From the NCBI GenBank assembly GCA_051294375.1, contig CM119263.1, forward strand, positions 24,356,994-24,420,993: a DNA stretch of 64,000 nt. Reading direction: 5' to 3'. This document shows positions 1 through 12,895 of this stretch, in pieces. The stretch's first letter is position 1, and each line of letters starts with the position of its first letter. Under the pieces are notes generated by a model. The model worked only from the letters and a program-made list of their open reading frames with translations, ran no database searches and was not told the origin of the DNA. The stretch comes from Paraspadella gotoi (lineage: Eukaryota; Animalia; Chaetognatha). Position numbers and translations under genes: made by a program.

Positions 1-1504
1 GTTAATTTTGATATTAAAGATGATAATTTTATTATTATTATTATTCTATTATATTTTGTGGAATTGAGACACATTGCTATGAAATTGAAATTGTGTTCCA
101 GATGTCATCGACGAGAGCTCCTTATTTCAACTTGTTGCTCATTCCATTGTGCGTTGCTGTTTTGGCTCTGTTCTTGCCCCAAGGAAAAAACTTGGAAAAC
201 TGGTAAGAAGCTGAATGTGAGGCTCTAGTTTTTTTCGTTGTCGTTGAAGTTGTGTCGTCTATAAAATAGTGTAGTGACTAGTCTATGATGTAGTCACCCT
301 TTTTCCTTATTAGTTCTTTGGTTATCGTGAACGTTCTGTCCACTGTGGCCCATATTCACTACGGAATCTGCGTCGTCAAGCAGATGAGCGATCATTTCAA
401 CATATTTACTTTTTCTCTACAAGTAATTTATTTCGATGGGTCCCTTCAAAACGTAATTTAATTAAATGGCGTAAAACTTTTTTTCATCAGAAAAAGCCGT
501 GCTTTGATAACGACAAAGCCTTGTTCGAAGAGACGGATACCGAATGACTTTTCACCACCGACCATCTTTAAGATTTGCTCTTCCAGTCTTCGTAATAGTA
601 ATACTAAAATTAAAAAATTAATTATGAAATTATTATGAGATAAAAGTTATACGCATCAAAGTTTCTTTTCAGTGGAAAGGCTCACAAGTCTTAAAATTGG
701 AATTTTGCCAAAGAAATTATAACTTTTTGTATTTTGCTTCGATACGTAGTTGTCTCTTGCCGTTGTGCCCATTTCTGTTATTTAAGTTATTTAATAATGT
801 GACACTTTTTAAATACTCATGACGTATATTTTAGTTTTTATGGTGCAAATTTTGCAGTTTTTCTAGTGAAAATATGAAAAGCCTTTTCATATCGGCTTAA
901 CGAGTTCGTGCGATATATTTTTGGATTTAAGATATACCTGCATTGGGATTTTTATTAGTAGCATCATACCCTAGATTTTTTTTGAAAATTAAGCATGTAC
1001 AATGCGTAATGTACTCTGTTAATGCTTTATAAATTAAAAATTTTTAGATTGCTCCTTTCATTTTAGTTGTATGGTTGTCGGGATTTTGTTTTTCTTTTGC
1101 TCGTCAATTTTAAATTAAATACTAAGTAGTTAAATTACCTTTTGTTTTTTCTTTTTATTCCGCTCACTATCTTTATTTATCGTTTATCATTTATCATTAA
1201 TAATCAATATTCAAAATATTATTATAATATTATCATATTGCCGTTTTGAAATATAGCCCTCAACCTTTGTCGGTAAATATTTTTTTTATCCCAAAATCGG
1301 TAGAGGGGATTTTCGCCGAATCTTGCGTTCATGCTTTCTGAGCGCGTTCGTCAATCCGCGCGCCCTCGTCGCCCTCGTACGCGTCCAAATCACCTTTTCA
1401 CGGGCGCCAAATGCGAGATGACGAAAATAGAACAAAAACGGCGCATCTGACCCCGGTGCTTTCATCAATCTCCTTTTTATGTTGAGCCTCCCCTCCGTCT
1501 TCAT

Positions 1505-1602
<98 letters not shown>

Positions 1603-1879
1603 CTCTATCTTTTCCCCCCTCTCTCTCGCTTTATTCCCACTGCGTTCTATTTTCCATTCAATGTTTTACTCATCTCCTTTTGCTTTCGCGATTCGAGTGA
1701 GAAAACTATAAAAAAAAAGCGGTGGTGGGGCGTGTGAGAGTCAGATGGAGCAGAGTATGATGTAGACAACACTTGCTAGGGAAGGGCACGAGAGAAGAGG
1801 ATAAAACATAAGAAAAAAAAATTGTGGCGACTTATGTGCCTGCGGTGGAAAAGAGGAAGGTTCATGAAACGAAAATCTA

Positions 1880-2315
1880 TTATGTAGGAAAAAAGTATAT
1901 CACCTAACTGTTGAAAAGTTCATTTATTCATTAAAAAATATATAAAAAATAAGTTATCTCCAATGTTACACCTCTTTCTTTCTTTTCTAAAAGCTGCAAT
2001 GGCACCTTTATGAATCAAAAAGATGTGTACTGCCTTTGGCATTTCCAAATTAAAAAAAAAAAAAAACTAACTCAATTCGAATTAAAAACAAATAATTTAA
2101 TACGAAAAATGGTAGAAAATTAAATATGATTTTTTTCGCCATTTTTTACTTGAGGTAGCGAATTAGCGATCTTTTTTTGCCCGTAACTTTTAAACGATAT
2201 GACCTACAAAAAAATTGAAGGAAGCTAGAAAAAAAATTTTAATTTTTTAAAAATTAAACAAGTTTTTAAGTAGATATCCTCCACTAAAAATGTGATATAC
2301 TTTTTTCCTAGATGG
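1880..2315. mobile_element. Non-autonomous TIR element (MITE), probably Tc1/mariner-type
   Basis: Perfect 19-bp inverted repeat TAGGAAAAAAGTATATCAC (1885-1903) / GTGATATACTTTTTTCCTA (2292-2310). Five imperfect outer bases on each side, then TA (1878-79 and 2316-17). AT-rich non-coding interior. Confidence 0.75.
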
Positions 2316-2839
2316 TAATTAGATGCTATCAGGTCTCCTGGTATCCTGCTATCCCGGTTTTTCTACTCAGTACATGTAGGCGCCAACAGCAAGAAAAAAA
2401 ATATTTTTAATTAGCTCCATGTTGAAAATGTAGAATTTTTTTATTATAAAAAACGAAGAAGTTTCTTCTCTTCTTTTTCTGGCAGAGGGCGCAGCCAGTC
2501 GAACGTCGCTTCACTGAGTTTTTCCCAACGGCAACGCCTCTTATTCTCTCTTTTTTCGTCCATCCACCGTTGTTTGTTGTTGTTTTGTTTTGCGACTCCA
2601 TTACGGCCCCCTTCGCTTCGTAGACGACCTCTGTCGGCAGGGGTCGGTGTCCCGCAGATTGTCCCCCTCCCCCCCTCACTCTTGCTCGTTTTGTGCCTGA
2701 AAAAAGCAGATCGAAGCGAAATATTTATGGAGTGAAAAAAAAAATATTGGGAATTCGAGGATGATATTTGATAGGGTTGAACGCTCTCTTTGTCTTCAAT
2801 ATTTTTATTATTTATAAATATTTAGTGTAATAACATATA

Positions 2840-3029
2840 CTTTTCATACAATTGAAACAAATTAGACTGTGAGAGAGTCTTGATTAAAAGCTTGCAGTGA
2901 CCTGCTATGTCATTAACTTGTAAGAGTGATGGAGGCCTTAAACCATTAAAGCCAGTCCAAAATCAGGGGCAAGATAGCTTATTTATTAAATGAATAGATG
3001 ATTTTTATATTGGTTGTGCCAATTTCATA
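2840..3029 (+). repeat. Dispersed repeat family A, copy
   Basis: Core GAGTGATGGAGGCCTTAAACCA..AAAGCC..GGCAAGATAGCTTATTTATTAAATGAA..ATATTGGTTGT.CCAATTTCATA, shared with copies near 11.2, 49.0, 52.8 and 62.8/63.1 kb. Confidence 0.85.
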
Positions 3030-3902
3030 AAAAGTCTGATTGTAAAAGCATTTTACGTCACTCTTCAGAAATAAGTACTTAAAACTAGCGTTTTTTTTTT
3101 AAATTTAAAATCGTTGCTTTTTTTAATTTTTTTAATTTTTTTTGGGGGGAGGGGTCCTTCAGTCTTAGCAACGGCCACGATATCAAAGTTTCCTGACATA
3201 ATCTTAAGAGGTTTCTTACATTGCATTCCCTAAAAAAAGTTTCACAAATTGTCTTTATTAACAGAAAACGACGGCTTTTACATGAGTCAAGGAACATGTA
3301 CAACGTTACTAGCCACTCTAAAAACCTTTAATTTGTTCATTTATGATGTAATCCTTCTTTCATACTCCGTCGTACTCAGGGGGATTATTATTCTTGTTGC
3401 CTTTGTTCTCCCGGTAACAACAGCGGCGTTGGAGGGCTCGCCCAGGATCGGACCGCTTCGCTTTTCTCGGCCTTGGACCTCTTCGTTGACCCGAGCGAGA
3501 GAATGAGGAGGAAAAAAGGAGACCAAGAGAGAAAGAGAGAGAGAGAGAAAAATGGTTAAAATGGTTAAAAAATCCAATGAAGTTGCATGTGCCGAGACTA
3601 GATTAGGCTAAGCTAGTCAGGGTTTAAGGCAAGGACGATTTGAATAGATTGCTTTGCTTCGGTGTTGGCCGTTGGCCGGTTGAGGGTAGAAGGAGACTTT
3701 CGATCCGCTCACTGGCCAATAGCCACTGCTAAGTTTGTAATCGATGGGAGAGAGGGGTTTTTCCAAGAAGAAAGTCCCAGTCCCCAGGATAGGGTTTGGG
3801 CGAGAAAGAGAATTGTTCCATCGCAGGGCGTGGGTGATGGTGGGGAAGAGGAGGAGGAGGCGTGCCGCGAAACGGAGGCACGCCGATGAAGGACGACGAA
3901 TT

Positions 3903-3966
3903 AGCCAATCAGCGTCGCGGATTCTCTGCAGCGCGCCACCAATGGCGTGGTTGCTTATTCCACGTG
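3903..3966 (+). promoter_or_regulatory. Promoter-like cluster: two CCAAT boxes plus an E-box
   Basis: AGCCAATCAG (CCAAT at 3905), a second CCAAT at 3939 (34-bp spacing) and CACGTG at 3961, in CpG-rich sequence directly before a ~100-bp (CT)n tract. Confidence 0.4.
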
Positions 3967-3980
3967 CTACCCGGTTTTGC

Positions 3981-4084
<104 letters not shown>

Positions 4085-4451
4085 TGGCGACTGGCTTCCC
4101 TCGTTCTTCGCTCAGGCATTCTGGCTCCGTCTGCGCCTTAGACTTCGTCGTTGACGTATTTCCTCCAAACTACGCCACTGCCGCGCCACCAACGCGCCAT
4201 CGTTACACCCTCGTCCGGGAGGCGTCTGCTTTCAATGCCGATTTAACCATTCTGCGTCGCTCGGCCGCTCCGCCGCCTCACGCCCCCGCTCAAGAAGTTT
4301 ATATTTTCATTATTCATACGCGTTGTTTTTTCTCTCTCTCTTTCTTTTCTTTTTTTTTTCCCCGCGATATTACGAAAGTTATCGGCAACGCGACACTTAT
4401 CGGCGGGATTTGCTTTTACTTTTTTAGACTACTTTTCTTTTGTCTCTCTCT

Positions 4452-4504
<53 letters not shown>

Positions 4505-5783
4505 CCTCTCTCTCTCTCTTCTCTCTCTCTCTCTCCTCTCTTCTTCCTTCCTTCCTCTCTCTTCGGCTTTTCCTATGTACGTATCTTCGCCAGTTCAAAC
4601 GTTTAACTCTTTTTTTATCAAATGTCCCTTCGTTTTCGCATTGGACGGCATGGACGCATCTCACTCCAGCTTAGGATCTGAACTTAAAACGTTAGCTCAA
4701 TGATGACCCAATCTCCTTTTATTTGTTTCCGTCTCGTGGAAAGAAATTTGATTTTTCGCCAAGTATTTTTCAACGTAAAGTCAACGTTTTTCTACAGTAC
4801 GGCGTACTTTCGGTTTTAAACTTAATTTTTGTAATTTTACTCTTTTCTAATGAAGAAGAAAAAAAAAGAAATTCTTTTCCTAACTTCTATTATTGCGATT
4901 TCCTCATTTTAAAATAAGTAGTAAGGCAAATGACTAGATGATTAGCAATTTTGTGCTCTTTTAAAATACGATAAGGGCAACTGGCAATAATCATTTGAAC
5001 AAGACCACATTCGGAGCAGTGCGACACGCAACTCAAAAAGTCGAAACCGAAAATTTTGGCGAAAACGAATGAACCCATCGTCATTTTTTCCTTCAATTAT
5101 CAAGTACAAATGAAAAATGGTTTTCTTTTTTCTCATTAAATTTTTTTTTCTAAATCTGGTTCATTCGTCTTTTCTTTCTTTTTATCTCATGCGTGTTTCT
5201 GTCTTTTCCAAAATTTTTCAATATTTTCGACAGATTCTCTTTGGCTTCATTAATTTCGTCTTTCGTCGCAACCAATTCTTTACTCCCCCCCCCCGACTCT
5301 TTTTAATTTTTTTCTTATTCTCTTTTTTCTTTTTATTTCTTTCTTTCCTTCCCTCGATCTATCGCAGACGCTTTTCCTCCGGCTAAGTCAACAAAGACCC
5401 GGATTTCTCCCGCGGCTAAATTGACCTTCGCGTCTACCCTACGATTGTTCACCTCCATCGCATAAACGCAAGGCCGCGCAAATGAGATATGGCGCGCGAA
5501 TCAGTGGCGTTTCCCTTTCAGACGGTGGCGCTGGCGGTCGTTTCGACGAAGCGCGGCACAAATTTACGGGCCATCGTCGTCTTTGTTGTCTTTCGGCCTC
5601 AGGTTGTTTGGCGAATCTGACTCTCTCTTTATCGCGGATTTTTTTTCGCTTTATATTTTTGATCATCGTGTTGTTTATGGTTTTGTTGATCCCGTTATGG
5701 CGTTGTTTATTCTCAGTTTATATCGCGCGTTTTTCGATCGAGCTAGACGACTGGGGAAACAAAATGCCGATGATTCTTCCAGC

Positions 5784-5861
<78 letters not shown>

Positions 5862-7564
5862 GGACCCGCACTCTCCCTCAGTTCCCGGCGCCGGCGGACC
5901 TGTTCCTTCCGGTCGGCAGGAAGATGAACGACGCTCCTTTCTCGCGCCTCCTTGGACCGGTAGACCCTTTTAATCAAAGGATCATTATTTCTGCCTCCGT
6001 TTGCCCGAAAAAAAAAGGAGAAAACGCCACGTAGAAAACTCCGGTAGTTGTTGTCATTGTTGTCGTTGTTTTCTTTGGTCGTCGTTTTCGCCAGTGATCT
6101 TGCGCTCAAATTTGCTGCTTATTGATTAAATGACAAAACGTAATCTTGTGGAGTCGTGTGTGTGGTTCGTTTTCATTTGTTGTTGTTTTTTTTTTGCCTT
6201 TAAGATTATTAACTAGTACTTATTATTAACTAAAGTATCATTACATTCCCTTATCGTTTTCATGCCATTATTTTAATCATCTCTTCCATCCGGCCAATCA
6301 CTTTGACTCCCTCGATCTGACGCCAACGCCCATCAGCGCCTGATGAGGTGACCTCCCTTCAACCCCACCTTCCCAATATCTCGTACTCCGCGCCTTTTTC
6401 GGTCGACCGATGCACCTGACGCTTTTGGGTTCGTCTGGAGCTCTTGTTTCATCGGGTTGGGGGTCAGAAGCTGAATGTCGGTTTGGAGGAGGGGTAGGAG
6501 AGTTGAAGCTTAAATAGGCAGGGAAAGGTTCTGTGCGTTATTCGAATTTTCGAAAATGGGTTTTAATTTTGAGCTTAGGAGTTTTTGCCTAAAAAAAAAT
6601 ATATATATATATTTAAGTTCTTTAGACTTACTCCATTTTTTTCCCGTCTAGTTGAATAACAAACACACTCAATTTTTGTTGGGCGGATTATAAAGTTCCT
6701 TTTTTAAGGGCAGCTTCTTAGTTTGTCGCTAAAGTTAATCGGAGCTTAAAATCCCGCAGATTAAAAAAAAAAAGATTATAAATGTATTATTCGTCGTCAC
6801 GACTCGCAGCGACGGAGGAAAAAAAAACGGAGGAAAAGGAAAACGTTTTTTGTTTGGCTTTTATTTTTTTTGTTTATTTTTATCCCGCTAGGGCGAGTAC
6901 GTCGGCGACTCGGAAGCTGATCGATTGCGTCTCAACCCCGTCAGATCTGATTGATCGTTTGGAAGATTGTGAAAGAATAATGTAGAGAGGGGAAAAGGGG
7001 GCGGGAAATGTCGGCGAAAAGAAAAAGGGGGGGGAATAAGTAAAGAATAAAAAAGATCCGGAGAGGAAGTTGACTGATAGATTATTTGATTTACTTTATT
7101 TTATAATATGTTTATATTATATTTATTATATATTCTCCTATGATATATAAATTAGTTAATATTTTAGATTAGACATCATGCCACTCTTGGCGATAATTGT
7201 ATTCCATTTTCCCACTTTCGTTTCTGCCTAAATTGCGTTAGCTGATCATGTTAAAATTCAATAAAACGGCAGTATATTCAGCATAATATGAACCCTGTTT
7301 ATTGGAGTTCCTTTCCCACGCTTTGAGGCTTTGATGCCTTTTTAAAAAACTCGTTGAATAATCGTCCAAGTCATGTGCGAACATCAAACGTCGTCTCTTG
7401 GCTTTTCTTGGCTTCTCTTGGCTCGAGTCGAGAGGCCAATGACAGACTGTCGACCCGAAGCAAATGACAGACTGTCGACCCGCGACGAGGTCAACACACA
7501 GAAAAAAAAAAATCGACGTCCATGACTCCGCGCTTATGCAAACGAGATCATCCAAATGGCCGTT

Positions 7565-7643
<79 letters not shown>

Positions 7644-8083
7644 AACGCGAATTCGCAGATGGCATTGGGCGCCACGCCCCTTCCGCGTTGTCCTCCCAAT
7701 GCACAGAACAATTTCGTGTCCTTGGATTTAACAAGTATTTTTTTCAGACTTCCGTAGCGTAGCGACGTGTCCTGATCGGTTGAGAACATCCAGGTTTTAA
7801 CGGCAAGGAGATTGGCCGAAACGAAAAAGCAAGGAATATTGAATGATTAAAAGAAGAGGGATTGAGTTAATAATGATAATAATTCATACAATAAATAGAA
7901 ATTGAGAGAGAGAAGAAAAACCTAGTCTGTACTATGTAAAAGTTGATCGAGATTTAAAGAAAAATATATTTTTTTAAAATTTCGGGTCCACGTCTTTCCC
8001 TTCTCACTTTCTCACTCCTCGAAAATATTTTTTTCTTTATTCGTTCGGGACCGTAATCGTCGTCGGACCCTTCGCCCTCATTT

Positions 8084-8126
<43 letters not shown>

Positions 8127-8211
8127 ATTCGTCGGCCCATCTCAATCATTAACGAGACGAACCGGGAGTCTCAACGCCTGAAAGTCTACGAGAATCGTTA
8201 GACGCGAGGGA

Positions 8212-8268
<57 letters not shown>

Positions 8269-8681
8269 ATGAATGTCTCCATCTGTCGGAATATCGAGGA
8301 ATCTCTGGGGACCGATGAGACGAGGTGGTCCTGGAGATTGTCGCCGGTGAAGGCCTGTGGAATGGTGGGAGGGGGTCGACCCGAGGGTCGATGGCATCGA
8401 AAAGTGATCAAGGGGGGAGGGAACGAAAGGGGGGGAGAAGCGATGATCTTGGATCGAACCTTTGATCATAAAAATGAAGAGAGATGCTAGTTTTTTCGTT
8501 CGCTTCTTTTTTTAGACTCGAGATGGAAAAAGATAATGAGAGAGAAAAGGAGTTGAATGCTGTTGCTAAAAAAGGAATATATATGAAGAAAAAAATTATT
8601 TAATGAAAAAGAAAATAACAAAATAAAAAGAGAAAGAAAAAATAAAATTAATAAAAGAAAGAAAAGAAAGAAAAGAAAGAA

Positions 8682-8737
<56 letters not shown>

Positions 8738-9163
8738 AGTGAACGAAAAAAGAAAAAGACCAAGGAAAAAAATAGAAACGCGAGAATAAATAGTATACAG
8801 AAGAAAATAAAGGACGCAAGCAAAAAGGGCCAAATATTGACGCTGAGAAAAGCGAGCGTCTCGGATGGAATCCCCGCGATCAGATTCCGGACCAGAGTTC
8901 CCAAAGTTTCCATCTCGAGCTTTGGCGCCACAATCCATCTTTTTTCGGGTCAGAGGCGCCCGGCTCGTCTCTTCTCTCGGCGTAAACATAAACATAAACG
9001 TAAACATAAACATAAACGTAAACAAACAATCTGATTTCGCTTCTTTTTCGATGACAAAAAAATAACTATAGTAGTGTGATGCTTTGGTCATTGACCAATG
9101 ATCAAGAACCTATGAGGCATGTTATAAAATGGTTATAAAAACCGTGATTACATTAATGTTTAT

Positions 9164-9775
9164 TAAGGCGTAGTGAAAGTTACATACGAAAATTCTAAAT
9201 GTCAATTATGAACAACATACCATCAGTAAATATTAATATGTAAAAAAAATTAATTTTATGTGTTTTAATTTTCGCAGTAGGCTATATTTATATATAGTAC
9301 TATCCTTATAAAATCAAAAATTTCAAAATATGCTTTTCTTAATTTTGATTGCAGATTTGAATTCCTCGTCAAAAGTTGATAAAAGAAAATATAAATCATT
9401 TTTAAAAATTCTTTCATTAAGTGGGTTAAAAATTTTAAAAACTACATTTAATATATAAAAAGTTAATTTTCAGCTTAAAATATAGCTTTTTCTAATTTTT
9501 GACCCACTTAATAAAGGAATTTTTCAAAAAGAGTTATATTTCTTTTTATCAACTTTTTATGACGAATCCAAATCTGCAAAAAAAATTTTAGAAAAAACTG
9601 TTTTGAAATTTTAATATTTATTGGATTAGTACTAGTATAAATATGGCCTACTGCGTAAATTGTAAAATTTATTATAAATTTTTTTATTACATAAATGTTT
9701 ATTAGTATAATGTTGTTCATTCCTCACTTTTAGAATTTTAATTAAAGTTAAATTTAGAAATTTTACTACGCCTTA
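9164..9775. mobile_element. Foldback/palindromic MITE (~610 bp)
   Basis: Ends TAAGGCGTAGT...ACTACGCCTTA. The arms pair imperfectly for about 280 bp (e.g. GCAGTAGGCTATATTTA / TAAATATGGCCTACTGC; TTAAGTGGGT / ACCCACTTAA) around a short central spacer. Flanked by the direct repeat ATGTTTAT (9156-9163, 9776-9783). Confidence 0.85.
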
Positions 9776-10450
9776 ATGTTTATGTATATATATATGTCTA
9801 TATATGTATATGTATTACATATAAAACGTCGGCCAGAAAATGGAATCATATAAGGCGATGCTTTCGAAAGGGTTTCATGTTTGTGCTGCCCTTATTTTAG
9901 AGAACAAAAGGAGATATTGAGAGAGAATTTCGACATTACGACTTGAGCGGAAAAAAGTTATGTGTGTGTGAGATTGGTGTAAGATAAGAGAGGGTGAGGA
10001 AGACAGAGAAAGAAAAAGAGGCAATTGCCGTTATATTTCTAATTTTCTACGAAGGAAAAAAGAAGCCTGTATAGTGTATAGTGTATAGTATAGTATAGTA
10101 TAGTATTTTTGAGTCACCGCAATATCCAGAGCAACATAAATTCCTCGATGTTCATCCAGTTCTTCCAAAGATGATCGATATATTTATTTTATTTTTTGCT
10201 GTAAATCTTTAATAAATCATAAATAGTTGAACTTGATACTTTATTCATCTGAAGAAGGTTTGACTTTGTCACTCTCGCTTCCCAAATCATTACGAATGCA
10301 CATTTTTGTGAATCTATCTTATTATCTCTCTTTTCTCTTTTCATGTCTGTCTTGTAGCGGCTGCTGTGCTTCTCTCTTTGTCTCTCTCTGTCTCTCTCTG
10401 TTCTCTCTCTGTTTCTCTCTCTCTCTCTCTCTCTTCTTCTCTCTCCCTCC

Positions 10451-10505
<55 letters not shown>

Positions 10506-11192
10506 CTCTCTCGATTTTCCCCCAAAAAGGGATTTTCTTCGACATCGAAGATCAGGATCGATCGTTCGAAGTGACCCCTTGAGCGGGAAGGGGGGGGTGA
10601 AGGGGGGGTGAAGGGGGGGGAGGAGACGCTAGAATAAATCTGAGGGAGATGAAATTTTGGAAAATAAAAAGGGGGAGGCGAAAGCACAAGGTAGGAGGGA
10701 CAAACGTACTCGACGCTTATAAAATATTCCAATGGAACCTTTCAAAGGATCTCGTCGTGAAACACTTGTACAATATATATTTTGATGAAGCTCGACCTTG
10801 AGCTTGTACTTATTTTTGCGGAAGGTCGCGTTCGTGGTCAAACTGAGGATAGAAAGGCAGCGATGAAGCGGAAGACACAGATGGGGGAAGATGGGAGATG
10901 GAAAATGGCAGGGAAAAAGGTAAAGGGGAAGGCGAAACCGGCCATGGAATTTCTTCGGGTCTCGATTTGACGATTTGGTTTCGTGACGACGCTCGTCTTC
11001 CGCGTGACCCGTGACACCGAGATTCGCTTCTCCGTTTCAGTTTCCGATCACTTATTCGTCGTTGTTGTTGTCGTTTCTGTCGTCGTTGTTGTCGGAAGAA
11101 AAAGCGGAGGAGAACGTCAGCTTTAATACAATCGGAGGAGAGGTCACATTATAATCAAATCAATACAAAACCGAGAAAGGCTTCAGCGACAG

Positions 11193-11420
11193 TGAAATTA
11201 AGACAACAAATGTAAAAATTATACAATCATTCAATAAATTAGTTATCTTGTCCAATGACTTTGGGTTTAGGCCTCCATCCCTCCAACATAGGAGGTACAC
11301 CTGTAAGCTTTCACTCTTTCAAAGTCTAGTTAAATAACTCCCAGAGCTCCTGGCTTCCTTATCACTGAAGTGGCATAATATATTTCATGAACTGCTTCAT
11401 AATACAAGGAGCTGACTGTT
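11193..11420 (-). repeat. Dispersed repeat family A, diverged copy
   Basis: The plus strand shows the reverse complement of family A blocks: AATAAATTAGTTATCTTG, GGTTTAGGCCTCCATCCCTC, CCTGGCTTCCTTATCACTGAAGTGG. Confidence 0.75.
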
Positions 11421-12820
11421 ATAAAATAGGTACAACCCGTTACGATCATGTGACTTGCCTTATTAGTGATCAGCGCAACTCCTAACGTAACCAAGTAAAT
11501 AGCAACATTGTCAAAGCTTTAAACGCATCGAGAAAACCGTAATGCAATCGAGGAACAAACGTCGAACGACGTCTGAGCTCCATTTTTCAATTTCGTTTTC
11601 GATTCTGAATTTCGTCTCGGATTCACGAAAATCAGTTTCTCCCACTCGTTTCATGCAAATCGCGGTTTCCGACTCGTTCCTTTCAAATCGGTTTCTCTCC
11701 CTTTTCCTTTTCACCCAAAAAGAGTCTCGCCCTTTCCTTTTCTTTTCCTTTTTCCAGAGCGCTGGTTAAGCCGTTTCTTTTTCGCGAAACAGAATTTTCC
11801 GTCTTCATTTTGTTGTTTCTCACAATCTTTATGACTTACGTATAGGATTCGTCCTCCTCTCGTCCTCTTTTCTCCGCTCCCAAATTGGTTTTGCCCTCAC
11901 CGTTTATTTTCTCCCTCTTAAGGTACAAATCGATCTATTTTCAACCAAATTGCTTTACGACGATTTTTTTCTCATTTTTTTGCTGACATTCAATTTCAAC
12001 AAAATCGTTTTTTTTTTGTCCGCGCTCATTTCTTTAAAAAGGAGATGAAAAAAAAATTGAACTATTATTAAAAAAAAACCTTTCTACTTATAATACATAA
12101 TTGCTTGGTTGTTTCAAATGTTTAACCATTAGCAATATGTTGAATAAAAAATGTAAATATAAAATATTCAACTTTGAAAAAAAAAATTCTTCAAGGCCCT
12201 CGCATTACATTTACTCTTTCCGCTCCACACCCTTCAATTGCTCTCGCACGCCTCATTCCGCTCATTGAAATTTTTCACTTCTCCTTCATTTTTGTTCCAC
12301 CCTTTCACTTGTATCACACTCGTTTTCTCACCCCAAGGTTTTAATGCTGACATTTTTTCGTTCAACATTATTCCTGGCAGATTTACCCTAACTACTATTC
12401 GTCTTAATAGTTTTAATCTCATATGTGCTTTCATCGTTTTCTTAATCGTTCCCGCTCCCTATTACCACAGCCCCTACCGTCACATCCGCCACCACCATCA
12501 CAACCCCCTCCACCCTTTTCTCACTTTAGCCCGTTTAGTCACGCGATTTCTCGATCGACGGCGCGATTCGGAGTCGCGACGGGGAAACGCGGTAAGCAGC
12601 TCCCCTGGCGGGCGAAAATGGAAAAAGAAATTATGCGAATAAAAACAAAAATCGTTGGGGGGAAGAAAAACAGATAATAAAAATGTCGGAAGAATTTTTG
12701 AGAAGCCGATAGATGGCGGAGACGTATTATGAGAGCGAGGGGGAGTTGGCGACGTGGCCGGGAAGGAAAAAATATTGGAAAAGTAATAAAAACAAGACGA
12801 ACCAAGAAATCAATATGGTC

Positions 12821-12895
<75 letters not shown>

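Noticed and set aside
315-326. 12-nt match to the miR-9 5' end (TCTTTGGTTATC)
   Set aside because: Diverges afterwards and has no complementary star arm.
872-892. Perfect 10-bp hairpin ATATGAAAAG-C-CTTTTCATAT in the AT-rich first kilobase
   Set aside because: Probably the interior of a decayed MITE; no element ends could be defined.
6335-6365. Hammerhead-like CTGATGAG followed by a small stem (also on the minus strand near 22385)
   Set aside because: No GAAA core after stem II and no stems I/III.
8445-8470. B-box-like GGTTCGATCC on the minus strand
   Set aside because: No A box, cloverleaf or repeated SINE body.
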